Source: Cycas panzhihuaensis
Lineage: Eukaryota; Plantae; Cycadophyta
NCBI GenBank assembly: GCA_023213395.1
Contig: CM041465.1
Span: 93,069,741-93,133,740, forward strand
Reading direction: 5' to 3'
DNA: 64,000 nt
The notes under the pieces: generated by a model
Databases searched by the model: none
The model's input: the letters and a program-made list of their open reading frames with translations, nothing else
Told to the model about the DNA's origin: nothing
Shown: piece after piece, positions 27,790-40,277 of the stretch
Numbering within the stretch: position 1 is the stretch's first letter
Layout of the letters: the number at the start of each line of letters is the position of its first letter
Made by a program: the position numbers and the translations under genes

Positions 27790-28596
27790 TTCTTTCTTTG
27801 CTTCCATATCTTTGATGCCTCCCCTTTAGGTAAGTCTTGTCCTTCAGATCTAGTTCTAACCCTTAGACCTTTAAGGAAGCCTTCACTGAGGGTTTACTGG
27901 TTACCCTGGTCCACTTGGGTAGCTGCTCCCCTTTCCCTCATAAGTCTCAAGGGAGGCTTGCCAACATGTTTCTTGAAACTGACATACAGGGTCTTTTTCT
28001 GGACCTCTTCTTTACGGAGTTCCTGGGGAGGGATTAGATCAACACTACCCAAGGAAGGATTTTCCACAAGACCAACTCCTTTAAAGGTAGATGGAAGGAC
28101 AAAAGCCCAGGATTCTTGGTCACCCATATCCAAGAGATTGTCTTCCATATTAGGATCAAACCCAAGATCTGTGTCTCCATGCACTTCTAGGGGAACTTCA
28201 TCTTCCCTCATAAGAGGCACCTCGATTTGCTCAACTTGCTCTCCCTTTGATGGCTCTAGCTGTTGAGGCTCCATCTCCTTCTGAGGATTTTCTTTCAGCT
28301 CCATATTTCCTATTTCATTTTCTTCCACTACTCGCTGCACTCCTGGGTATTTCTGAGGTAGATGGACCAATATCCTACACAATGAACATCTAAAATTCTC
28401 CATCTCATAAACTAGTAGTTGGGGCCAACTTCAATCCTCCATATCCATCCATATTTCCTCTAAGAGGGGCTTATCAATCTTGGCCAAGACACAGAATCTG
28501 GCATTGATAAGCCTACTTTTATTTTTGGTCACTGAGTCCACCACTAAGAGGGGACCCACAACTTTCGCCAGCCTCTTCAGGACTTCCACGTTCTAA
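27790..28596 (-). pseudogene. L1 ORF1 C-terminal part (5'-truncated)
   Basis: ARFCVLAKIDKPLLEEIW followed by FRCSLC zinc-knuckle remnant, directly upstream of ORF2. Confidence 0.75.
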
Positions 28597-30039
28597 GATC
28601 CTTGGAGAATTGAATGGCATTGAAGAATGATGAATTGTATAAGATGGACATGATGAGAAGAATAGAGTTTCTACAACTAATGCGTACTAAAGATTTGTAG
28701 TATAGGCTTACCAAGGTTCTTGCAAATGATCTTCACTTCTTAGGGGCTAATCTTAAAAGTCCCTTTCATGGATAGGTGAAGGAATTTCTAATCTAATGAA
28801 ATAAGTATTCTATAGGAGGATCAAAACTCTAGGATTTTGGTTGTTAAAGTTAGAAACTATTGATGTAATAAATTCTAAAATTAATTTCACTTTTTCTAAG
28901 AACACTTATAACATTGAGGTTCTTGTTCACTCCCTTGACAAACTCTATTTGAGAACGTTCGTATCCTTTATTCTTAGAAAGTTGTCCAGGGTTGGAAGAT
29001 CATAAGAAACCCCTATAGGACTTGTGTACTATATTAACTTAAGGATTATTATGAAGGGTATGGTTTACTATATTATGTTCTTTAGAAGTTTGCACTAACT
29101 TCTAACCATGGGATATCAAACCATAAGTTAATCCATTTGTAGTATAACATATATAGCAAGCTTAATGATTGTGCAAGATTATATAAATCCTAGGGTACAT
29201 GTGGTAAAGAATGCATTCAAGAAAAATTTTAAGACCTTTTATCAACTACCATAAAACTTATAGAATGGCTCAAATCATTTCATTTTTTTTATGTGGTAGG
29301 TTTTATCATTGGTTGAAATCTATGCAAGAACCCGTTTAACTCCCTTCTTTATAACTCCATTTAAAAGGTGAATTGGTTGGTGTAAGAACTAGCCATTAAA
29401 GAAAAGAATAAAGACCATTAATTTCTAAGCAAGATCAAAAGGGAGAAAATGATTAAGGATAAACAATTGATCTCCTCCATTGATGCCTCCTTCATAAAAA
29501 ATCAAATGTAGAGACAAAAATAAAAAACTAGGGTAATATTTCTTTAATGTACTATTTAAATTAAAGTAAAATTCATATTTTTTTGAAATCTATAGTCTCT
29601 AGCCCTTTTGTATTATTAACTCCTAGACACATAGAACAACTAAGGATTAACTCAATTTTTATGTTGATTTATAGTCAAAATAATTTTTTAAAACTCTAAC
29701 ACACTTATGTTTTTATACTCTTTCATTTAAGGAGGGTCATATAAACTAAAGCATTCTATAAATATTGTAAACCTTAAATTTTAATGTTTTATATTAAATA
29801 GTTTGGTTAGCTACATGTAGATAAATGTTCTCTTCAATGAATTATGACACTTTATGTAGTGATTAAGGAAAACATACATAAAAATAATAAAACTAATATT
29901 TTCTAGCATGTTGCAAGATTATTTTAAGCCTACAAGTGTGTTCTATTTTATGGTTGACATTATTTTGGTCTTTTCTATCATCTAGTTTTTAGCATATATT
30001 TTTTTACATGATGACTAATGGATGTGGGATTATGGGTTT

Positions 30040-32854
30040 AAGAGACTAATCAATATTGAGAATTGTCCCTCATAGAAATGCCAAATGGTAATTAAGTGTC
30101 CTCAGTCTCAATGACTTATGGAAGTATATTTATGAAGCAGTCATGGGTGTTGACATTATTCAAAAGGTCAAATTTGTTGAAATCAAGAAGGATCCAAATT
30201 ATAAAGTAAAATTTGATGCCAATATATGGATCATATTAGGTATCGTGAATTTGTCAATAAGAGGCATATTGATTATTAATATCAAATGTGCCACTATCTT
30301 GAAGGAGGCTTAAGATGCAATTACACCCCTATATGAGCATAAATATGACGAAAGAGCTATGATATTATGTAATCAACTCTACAATTTAAACTAAAAGGAC
30401 TAATGATTAATCTTTTTCCATAGATAAAATCCATATAAGATTGGTTGTTAACCATTAGATAAATGCTGTCAAATGCTTAATTAATAATCACTTCAGCATT
30501 AAGAATCCCATTAGATGCATATAAAAATTTTGCTATAACTTTAATGTTGGCAAATAAACTTTCTTCTCCAACATTCACTACTTTAGAGTCTCAACTATTC
30601 AGTCATGATAAAGGTTGAAGGAGTAATACAGTGAAGAGACATCTAAAGCATTAATAACAAAAACAAAAGGGAAGAACTCATCAACCCCTAAAGGAAATCT
30701 TACATCCTTTGAACATAATATTTAACAAGAGGATGGAAGTTCTAAGGGGAAATGATTGAATTGTTAGTGTTATGGGAAGGTTGGATATTTAAGGAAGGAT
30801 TATTAGGAGTTATGATAGTACTAATAATAATAACCATTATAATGGAAACTATAATAATCACGACACTAGTAGTGATAATAATGACATTTATTAGGGTAGT
30901 GAGGATACTTTTCTAGCTCACACTCTTCTAAAGGAAATGATAATGGCATAAAGAGTCTTTATCATTGCTTATAAGACAAAGAGTAATAGATAGAATGCCT
31001 AGTATATTGACTAAGGAATGACCAAGTATATATTAGATAGGTTAGACTAGTTCTAATTTATGTAGAAGGTCTAAGGACAAAGTCACTATTAGTGACAACA
31101 TAAAGTTGAAAGCTAAAGGGATTAGAGAAGTACCCATTTATCCATTTGATAGTAGAAAAATGTGCTATTTAGATAGTAGAAAAATGTGCTATTTAGATAA
31201 TGTTCTCTATGTATTAGTTTTAAAGACCATCCTTATTTCTATATCACATATTAAACAACAAAAAAAGAATGACCTATTTAAGAATAATAAATATATCATC
31301 AAGGACAATGATAAAAATGTTGTAACAATTACTACTAAAGAAGATAACTTATATAAGCTAAATGGTAGGTCTAAAGTTTAAAGATCCTTTATTATTTTAT
31401 TCTCTAAACAAAAGTTATGACATGAACAAATGGGGAATTTGAATTACTCTTATCTTCAACTGGTATAGAAATAGAGCATGGTACATGGTCTTCTAAAATT
31501 AAATTAAAAAATAAATTGTGTGAACCATGTGTTTTATTCAAATAACATCAATAACCATTCCCAAATAAGTAAACTTAGTAACCCAAGAAGAAACTTGGCT
31601 TAGTACATTCATATATCTATGGACCAATGTTAACAACATTATTTGGAGAAGCTAAATATTTATTGACCTTCATTGATGACATTTTTAAGAAAGTATAAGT
31701 TTTTCCCTTAAAGAAAAAATGGCAAGCATTTATGTTTTCAAATAATTTAAGTAACTAGCTAAAATAGAATCTAAGAATAACATCAAGATCTATGAACTAA
31801 CAATGGAGGTGAATTCACATAGAACAAATTAACATAATTTTGTAAAGATCACAATATTAAGAGGTACTTTTTAACTATCTATATACCTTAATATAATGGT
31901 GTAACAAAATGCATAATAGGATATTAGTAAAAAAGAAGAAGTTAATGATGAAAAGACATAATGTTGTAGAGTACTTATGGGCAAAAGTAGTAAATATTAT
32001 CACATATCTAAATAATAAGAGCTCTATAAAGGCAATAAAAAATATGATACTTAAGGAAGCCTAGTCAAATAAGAAATTAAACATATGCCAAGCCTAGTAT
32101 TATGTATATGAATACTCCAAAGGAGAAGAGGTAGAAGTTTAGTATTAAAAGTTCTAAGTGTATCTTGATTGAATATTCAAAACATAGTGACGCTTACTAT
32201 GTCTACAAGTTGAAAAACTAAAAGGTACACACAACTTATGATGTCATCTTTAATAAATATGATACAACTACTTTAGATTCTATAAATGTTAAGTATGTTA
32301 AGAAACTTGTTAGTTCCTCATGGGATGTTGTTAGATTTCATATTGGACTATTAGTTTAAAATGAGATGGTTAAGGTTAATGATCTAATCAAGGTTGAGTC
32401 ATTTCAATTTAAAGAACCTAAATAAAAAATAATACCAACTCAAAAAAATTTACCTAAATGGTATCTAAAGACCATTAATAATACTCATAATTAGTTGCCT
32501 GCTGTAGAACTTAAATAAAAGTCTAAAATGTAATTTATTAAGTAGGTCAACTATGCTCTTATGAAATATGTATTAAATGTTGATGGGCCTTCCAATTTTA
32601 AAAAAGTGTATAAATAACATGAGTAAAATGCTACTATGGATTTTGAAATCTAAGCAATGATGAAGAATTAAACTTGGGACTTAATAGAATTACCAATTAG
32701 AAAGAAAGTAATTATATGCAATTAGGTCTATAAGACCAAGTCCTATGGCTCAATTAACAAGTACAAAGATTAACTTATGGCTAATGGCTTCACTCAAAAG
32801 GAAGGAATTAACTACTTAGAGACATTTGTTTCTATAGTAAATATAAACACCATT
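30040..32854 (+). mobile_element. Heavily decayed Ty1/copia internal region, truncated early in RT
   Basis: gag LNDLWKY; IN LGLVHSYIYGPM and YLLTFIDD; RT start TWDLIELP...GFTQKEGINYLETF, then an abrupt break. Confidence 0.85.
31148..31195. repeat. Perfect 24-bp tandem duplication
   Basis: GATAGTAGAAAAATGTGCTATTTA twice. Confidence 0.95.
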
Positions 32855-33399
32855 AAGAAACAAAAAGTAAAGAAGAATATAATAAAGAAAATCAAGAAGA
32901 TAATATAAAAGATGGAGAAAATAAAAGGGAAGATAATAAGGTAAAAATACAAAAGAAAGAAAAATAATGAGGGGAAAATAACAAATCCATACTTCAAAAT
33001 GAAGAAAATAAGATGGAAGAATGTAGTAGGACTGATCATGAAACAAGAATCATATCTTAAATCATATGAATATTATATTAACAAGATGTTGATACCAAAG
33101 AGGCAATTAATCATTTTAGTTTGAATTTATGAAAATTTTTAAATTTCTCTTAAGTTTACTCTTCACATAATATAATGAAAAGATTATGATGATGATGAAG
33201 AAAAAATATATACAAGAAATAGAAAGTAAAGAAGAATATAATGAAGAAAATCAAGAAGAAGGTATAACAAATGGAGAAAATAAAAAAGGAAGATAATAAG
33301 GTAAAAATATAGAAGAAAGAAAAATAATAAGGGGAAAATGACAAATCCATACTTCAAAATGAAGAAAATAACATAGAAGAATGTAATAGAACTAAGAAT
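32855..33399 (+). repeat. Two ~185-bp purine-rich direct repeats (period ~359 bp)
   Basis: AAGAAA.A.AAAGTAAAGAAGAATATAAT...CAAATCCATACTTCAAAATGAAGAAAATAA at 32855 and 33214. Confidence 0.85.
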
Positions 33400-35505
33400 G
33401 CTCACTAACCACATATGTTAAGAATGCTCATTAAGGCTATTTATCTATGCATTCATATATGAGAAACACTTATGTGTACCTATTACACATTAATTTAAAG
33501 TGCACATCATTTGAGGGATATATTAACAAGTGATTAGTTCACATTATGAAATAGTTATAATAACCATTCATATAATTTGTATTTTTAAATATATTAAGCA
33601 TTGTCTTTGACACACCCTTATGATGTTTAATTCATTATGCTTTATTAAAGATTTTTACAACTTCACCAAATAAGTTATTTGAAATGTGCTTCCATTTGTC
33701 CTTTCTTTATTTCTTTTTTAAGTTCTATCCCAACCCTTCTAATTAAGGTCCCTTAAGATTTAACTATCTTTCTAATCTTTGAGCTTAATTTGTACTAGTA
33801 AATATAAATAAGTGTTAACATAATACTTCATATGGATGTATTGAGATATGAATGGATACAAGACATGAGGAGTCACAAGGCACATTGAAGGGTCATAGAC
33901 ATAGGTTAGATATGCCTTTTGGTAGATCATAAATATAAACCCTTATTTGAGTTATATCATTTAAGATTTTTAATATAATCCATAAGTGTTTATAGGTTTC
34001 TATAATGTGATTTTAATCTATTTTTACTATTAAGAGAACAAAGTAGTGGTATTGAGTCATAAAAGAATGAAAATTGGACTTCTAAGGCATTCTTTTTCTA
34101 ATTAGTGGTATCTTCTACTCATTATGGGGTAGAATTTATGCATATTAGGCTTTATTTATAGGACTTATATGATCATCAAAGAGTGTTAGGTTTCGTTAGA
34201 GATAATTATATAGCCTTAGGATAAATTTGGCACTTATTTTGGTTAGAAAACATTTGTTTTTATTTATTTATATGTGTTAGGCTAAAAATAAATGCATTGG
34301 GCTTACTACCATGGTGACATACTTTATTTTGGAGGATTTAATGATAAGTGGGCAACATTTTTTACAATGTCAGGATTGTTTGGATATTGTGTGGCTTATT
34401 AGGCATTTATTATGTTCATTAGGCACTATTTTAGAGGTACTAAAAAAAGTGTATTAGACTCTATGAAAATTAGTTTTGGCTTTATTAAGAATCATTTGTG
34501 TGACTATATTATTTTATGGTGATTGAGAACTTGTGAAGTTGTGTGCATAATTGATGACTTTTAAAGAAATGTGGCAATTATTTTAAATGTTCTATTGATT
34601 TTTAAAAAAATTTAAAATAAAATTTAAGGTCTAATTAAGGTTTAAAAACCTTAATATAGTCACATGAGTCATTTTAAGGTGGAATGGTCACAATAGTTTA
34701 TTTAAAGGGAGGTGACCCTTTGCAATAAATGAAACTCCATGAACACACCTAAATGAATGATATCAAGAGTATTTAAACTTTCACAAAGATAATATGAAGT
34801 AAAAGAACCCTATGAGAAATACATTAAAATATATGAAAGTAGTGCAACCATGTGAAGAATTTAAGACTACTTAGTGATATTTGTAACTTATGAGAGGAAA
34901 ATTTGAAGCATTCTAAAAAGTGTAAAATTAAAAATAATTTACTTTAAATCCAAGTAAATACATATAGAGTTATGAAGTATTATTTAAGTTCATATGGAGG
35001 TTATGTAAAGTACATAAGGCCACATGGTAATTTCTAAAGCTTTGGAAGGGAATTTTGAAGCATCAAAAGTCACAAGCAAAGTGTTTGAAATGAGACACTC
35101 CTTATTTACCTATTAAAACATATATTCATAGTGCAATGAAAATTTTTAAGCCATTTGAAGCTTGTAAAATCTTAAAAATAATATGTTTGAAGTGTTTTTT
35201 TAGTGTGTACAAAGTATTTAAAGCCTGATAAAGCCATTTCAAGTCATATGAGTGTAGGTAAAGGTTATGGAAAAGTTTTTAAAGAAAGTGTAAATCACAA
35301 AGGACATGTTTGATATATGTGGGTTGTAGTTGTTGATGTCTATGATGTTGAATTAACATTTGGACATAATACTTACTAAAGAAGAGTAGTTTGATCTAAG
35401 AAGAAATGGTTCTTATTGTTAGAGAACATTGAAAGAAATATGTTCTTGATCATTTAGTGAGGTCATAAGAAAATAATGTGTCAATTTCATAATATAAATT
35501 CACCA

Positions 35506-38500
35506 TGGAGAAGTTGCTATAGGTGATATTTAATAGCGATAACTTTAATGAATGGAAGGCAAACATAGAGCTTACTTTAATGGTGAACTAGTTATGAAAA
35601 ATCACCAAAGATGAATTGACCATAATATGCTTTTATGAAAAGAGAAAAATATGCTAGGAAGATAATTAATTTATGGTTGTTGTACTATTAAAATTATCAT
35701 TATCTTTAAACAAAGGCCACTTGTTCACAACCTTGATAAACTCAATAATACGAAGAGAAAATTGTGTGATATACCTTTGAAAAGAAATGATCAAATTGTC
35801 ATGTTACTTTGATGATGGAGCTATTGAATACTATTGTCGAAGATGAAAACAACATTCATGCCTACCTACATAAGGTGATAAATTTGAAGAACAAGCTAGA
35901 GGAGATAAAGGAGAAGTTTTTTGATAATGAGTTGTTGTTTATTGTCATTATGTTAAGACTACTAGCATTATTTACTATATTTTAGATATTTGATGTGAAA
36001 GATTATTAAATGGAAGGTATGGCATTTTCTAAATTAGAGAATCTCATTCTAGTTAAAGATGCAAAGTTGAAACATCATGGAATTCTTAGGGGTTCTTAAT
36101 CTAATTATGCCTTAATTATTAAAACATAGAGGAAATAAGGTGGAAAGGAAATAAAAGGATTAAAAAAACCTAGATAAATTTGAGTAACAAAAAAAAAACA
36201 CAGGAAAGTATTACTATTATAAGAGAGAAGGCCATAAGGAGAAAGACTATTAATTTAGAAGAAAGGGAATGCATAAGGTAAACCAAGATGATAAAGCAAA
36301 GGTTATAGTGGTTTATTACACAAAAGTTTTAACCTCATCCTCTAAATCTTTAGATTAGAAAGATTATTGGATACTTAACTCAACTATGTAAAGACATATA
36401 TATTTTAGCTAAGAGCAGTTCATTGCTTGGAACCCTAATTCTTGTGATGATAAGATTACTTTGGGGAATGCTAGTATGGTACCTATTTAAGAAGTTATAA
36501 TAACTAGTCTTATATGGATGAATTCTAATGGGATGTATTATGCACCACTAATAAAGAAGGATATTCTTTTAGCTTAAGAAATCTACAAACAAAATATGGA
36601 AATTAAGCTCTGTAAGGATAAATGCTTAATTATGGTCTTTAAGAAAGGATTTGTAATCATTACCACTAGGAAGGTGAAAGATGACTTCTAAGTATTTATA
36701 ACTTTTTAAGGTCTAAATAAAACATATGCCTTTGTTACTAGTGTAGATGACATAATCCATTTATGGCATGAATGCTTAGGGTATATTAATTATCAAAGCT
36801 TATCACTTATGAACAAATTAAATATGATAGGTTTACCATATATCTTATGCTTAGGAGGTGTATGTGGAAGGTGTGTGTATGGAAAGTATCATAGATACTC
36901 TTTTGCTCAAGATAAAACCTAGAGAGCTAAGGAGAAGCTAAAGATTATATACACATATGTGATTAGACCACTATCAAACCCTTTAATATATAAAGCTCAA
37001 TATACTTTGGTATTTATGGACGATTATTTCTTTCTTTTTTTTTTAAGAACAAATTAGAAGTATTAAATTATTTTTTAGAATTTAAAATAGAAGTAAAAAA
37101 ATGAAAGTGAAAAGAAAATAAAATTTTTGAAAAGTAATAATGGTAAAGAGTAAAATACTCATGGTTAATCAAGTCTACCTAAATCATAGTATAAATTAGA
37201 ATTCATGGTCCTATATACCCCACAATAGAATGGTGTTATAGAAAGAAAGAAGCATACCATGATATAGATTCTAAGGTGTATGGTACATGCTAAGAACGTA
37301 GCACCAATATTCTGGGAAAAAGCTATTGGAACTGCTATTCATATATTAAAATTGATACTAACTAAAGTAGTTCATGGTATAATATTAAAGGAAAAATAAA
37401 CTGGACAAAATCCTACTATTAATTATTTAAATTATTTTTGGTATATTATATATGCATACATCCCAAATAAGAAATATAAAAATCTAGATTAGAAGTGTCA
37501 AAAATACATCATCATGGAACACTATAAGATGGATAAAGCTTATAGGTCATGGGATGCATAAGAGGAGAAGCTTGTTATAAACAAAGATGTATATTTAATG
37601 AGTTGTTGATATATCATACTAATAAAGTCACATCTAAACAGGCTTCTTATCCTATATTGCTACTATTTCCTTTGAATATAGATATAGAGTTTAGAGTGAA
37701 GAAGGGCTTAGCAACAAAGATAATAAAGGGTAGTAGTTACATGTGGAGGTGTTGTGATACCTACTACCTCAAGGCTGTTATGGGCTAAGAAGAACATTGA
37801 AGAGTCTAGAGTGGTTATTGATATAATAGATGGATGAAGAATAATAAGTCAATATGCTAATCAAACTCTAATAACTAATTCCATAGATTCTTATGATCCT
37901 TATTCTTATATGGAAGCAGAGAAGAATCCTAAATTAGAGATGTTATAGAGGAGGAGTATGGTTCTTTAATTAAGAATGAAACTTGGGATTTTATCCTATT
38001 ACCTTTAGGGAAAAACATAGTTAGATGCAAGTGGGTATATAGAACTAAATTCTACTTTAATAGAGAGGAATAAAGGTGGAAGAGAATACTTGTTGCAAAG
38101 GGGTTCAAATAAAAATAAGCAATTAACTATAATGTGACTTTTGCATCAATCTAGAAAATGACAATAGCTAGAATGATCCTTTCAATGATAATTAGATTTC
38201 AATAAGAAATGCATCATATGGATGTAAAATCCACATTTCTTAATGGATAATTGAAGGAGGACATATATATAGTACAACCTCCTAGGTTTGTTAAGGAAGG
38301 ATAAGAGCAACTTATGTGTTGATTAAAGAAATCTCTCTATGGCCCTAAGCAAGTACCTAAGGTATGGTATATGAAGATTAATGTTAGACTGGAGGAGGAA
38401 TGATTTATTAGTATATATCTTGAACCTAATCTATATGTTAAGAGAACTACAAGATCAATTGTAGTAATTGTGATATATGTTGATTACCTTGTCATACCAA

Positions 38501-39340
38501 GTGATTATTATAAGGCGGTTATAGATGTTAAAATCAACTCGTAAATAACCATTCAAATGATAGATTTGGAATTGTTATACTTTTTTGTAAGGCCAAATAG
38601 AGCATAAAATCTTAGTATCATAGATGAGGTATACAAAGAGCCTACTTGACAAATTCAAGATAAAGAACTGCAAACTTATTACAACATCATATATTAAAGG
38701 CACAAAACTAATAAAAGATGTGAAACATCGTTTGTAGATGGAACATTATGTAGATAGTTGGTAGAGAGTCTCATCTATTTAACTTGTACCAAATTTGATA
38801 TTATATATGTTATTAGGCTAGCCCCTCATTATATAAAATCTGCAAGAACCACATTAGGATGTTACGGAATGGATTATAATATATATGAAGGGGACTATAA
38901 ATCTTAGATTAGAATATCTTTGAGAAGAAGTAATAAGGTTACATGGTTACATTGAGTTTGATTAGGGTGGAGATTATAATGATTAAAAATCCACTATCAA
39001 ATGCATGTTTGGTATTGGCAATGGACTTATATCATGGCAATCAAAGTAACAACATATAGTAACATTGTTATTTATAGAGGTTAAACACCAGGGACTCTTG
39101 GTTAGTGTTAGAGAAGTTATATAGTTGTAAGGACTATTAGAAATACTAACAATTTAAAGTAAAACACTAACCATCTTAGTCAATAATCAAAGAACTATTT
39201 GTTTATAAAAAAATCTAGAGTTTCACATACATACGAAGCACATAAAAATTCAACTCCATTTCATTCATGAACTAATTAAGATAAGGAAATATAGGTGATA
39301 TTTTATTCAAGTTCCTAAGTGGTTGTTAGTGCTTTCTCAT
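35506..39340 (+). mobile_element. Heavily decayed Ty1/copia gag-pol; LTRs not identified
   Basis: gag DNFNEWK; HLWHECLGYIN; YTPQ*NGVIERK; RT TWDFILLPLGKNIVRCKWVY, MDVKSTFLNG, IYVDYLVI; RH FHIHTKHIKIQLHFI. Confidence 0.9.
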
Positions 39341-40038
39341 AATTTGTTTATATATCCATAGAAGGAAGTAAGCATCTATCAAAATACATAGGTAGATAAC
39401 TATTATAACTACCAATTTTATAGGAAGTTCTTCATGTGCATGGTTCATTAACATCTATTAATGCATCTTCCCTAATAAAACAACAAGATTAAATTCCAAT
39501 AGGCTTTTCATTAATTATTTGTCAAATCAACCATCAATCTTTAGGTTATAAGAGTTTAGCTTTCTAAACCCTCATATATTACTAATAAGATCATAATTTC
39601 ATAATTTCCTAATCATTCTAATGTATAATAAGTTCATACAAGTGCTTTTAATAGGTGAATACTTTTAATATATAAACATTCTTAATATGTATGATTAAAA
39701 CTTACAAATCTTTATGTACTTATTACAACTTCTCATTAACTCTTTGTGAGGTATGTATCTATATATATATGTGTATTCTTATCATCAAAACATATGTAAG
39801 TATTTTATATTTATTAATGGCATTAATCACATGGTGATATACCCTTAATTATATAAAGGATTAGGAAATTATGGCATTAATAAGCATACAATAGGATGAC
39901 TATATGATGGTAATATATTGCTTAATGGCACATACCATTAGCAATTTTAGGGTTAGTATTAATTATGTACTGGTAGTATATAGGCTTGTAATAATGGATC
40001 ATTAGTTAGTTGAGGGTTAATAGGCCAAAAATAAAAAT

Positions 40039-40102
40039 TCTCTCTCTCTCTCTCTCTCTCTCTCGATATATATATATATATATATATCAAGAGAGAGAGA
40101 GA
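40039..40102. repeat. Compound microsatellite (TC)n(TA)n(GA)n
   Basis: Direct read. Confidence 0.95.
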
Positions 40103-40277
40103 CCCCTTAAGAGTTTCACTATGAAATATATCTTGGATCATTTTAGAAATCTTCACCTAGGATAGTAGGAAGGGATTCATCTTGAATAATGATAAGTTTT
40201 ATAACTTATATATTAGGTATATTCTTATTACTGAAGTATTTGATATATTAAACATATTATTATAATTAAGTCTAACA

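Larger units (their letters stand above)
23416..28596 (-). mobile_element. 5'-truncated L1-clade LINE with RNase H
   Basis: Poly(A) tail (T-run 23416-23428); 12-bp TSD GATCCTTGGAGA at 23404-23415 and 28597-28608; ORF1 3' part plus complete ORF2. Confidence 0.96.

Noticed and set aside
25396-28266. Several plus-strand ORFs over the LINE
   Set aside because: Shadow frames opposite L1 ORF1/ORF2
32812-33414. Four Phe/Ile-rich minus-strand ORFs that look like membrane or env proteins
   Set aside because: Antisense reading of the A/G-rich duplicated block
33521-33820. Candidate LTR with TATTAACA/TGTTAACA ends
   Set aside because: No partner LTR, PBS or TSD found in the window; kept only as a hypothesis in findings
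39740-40277. Solo-LTR candidate ending GTCTAACA
   Set aside because: Could not find a matching start or TSD
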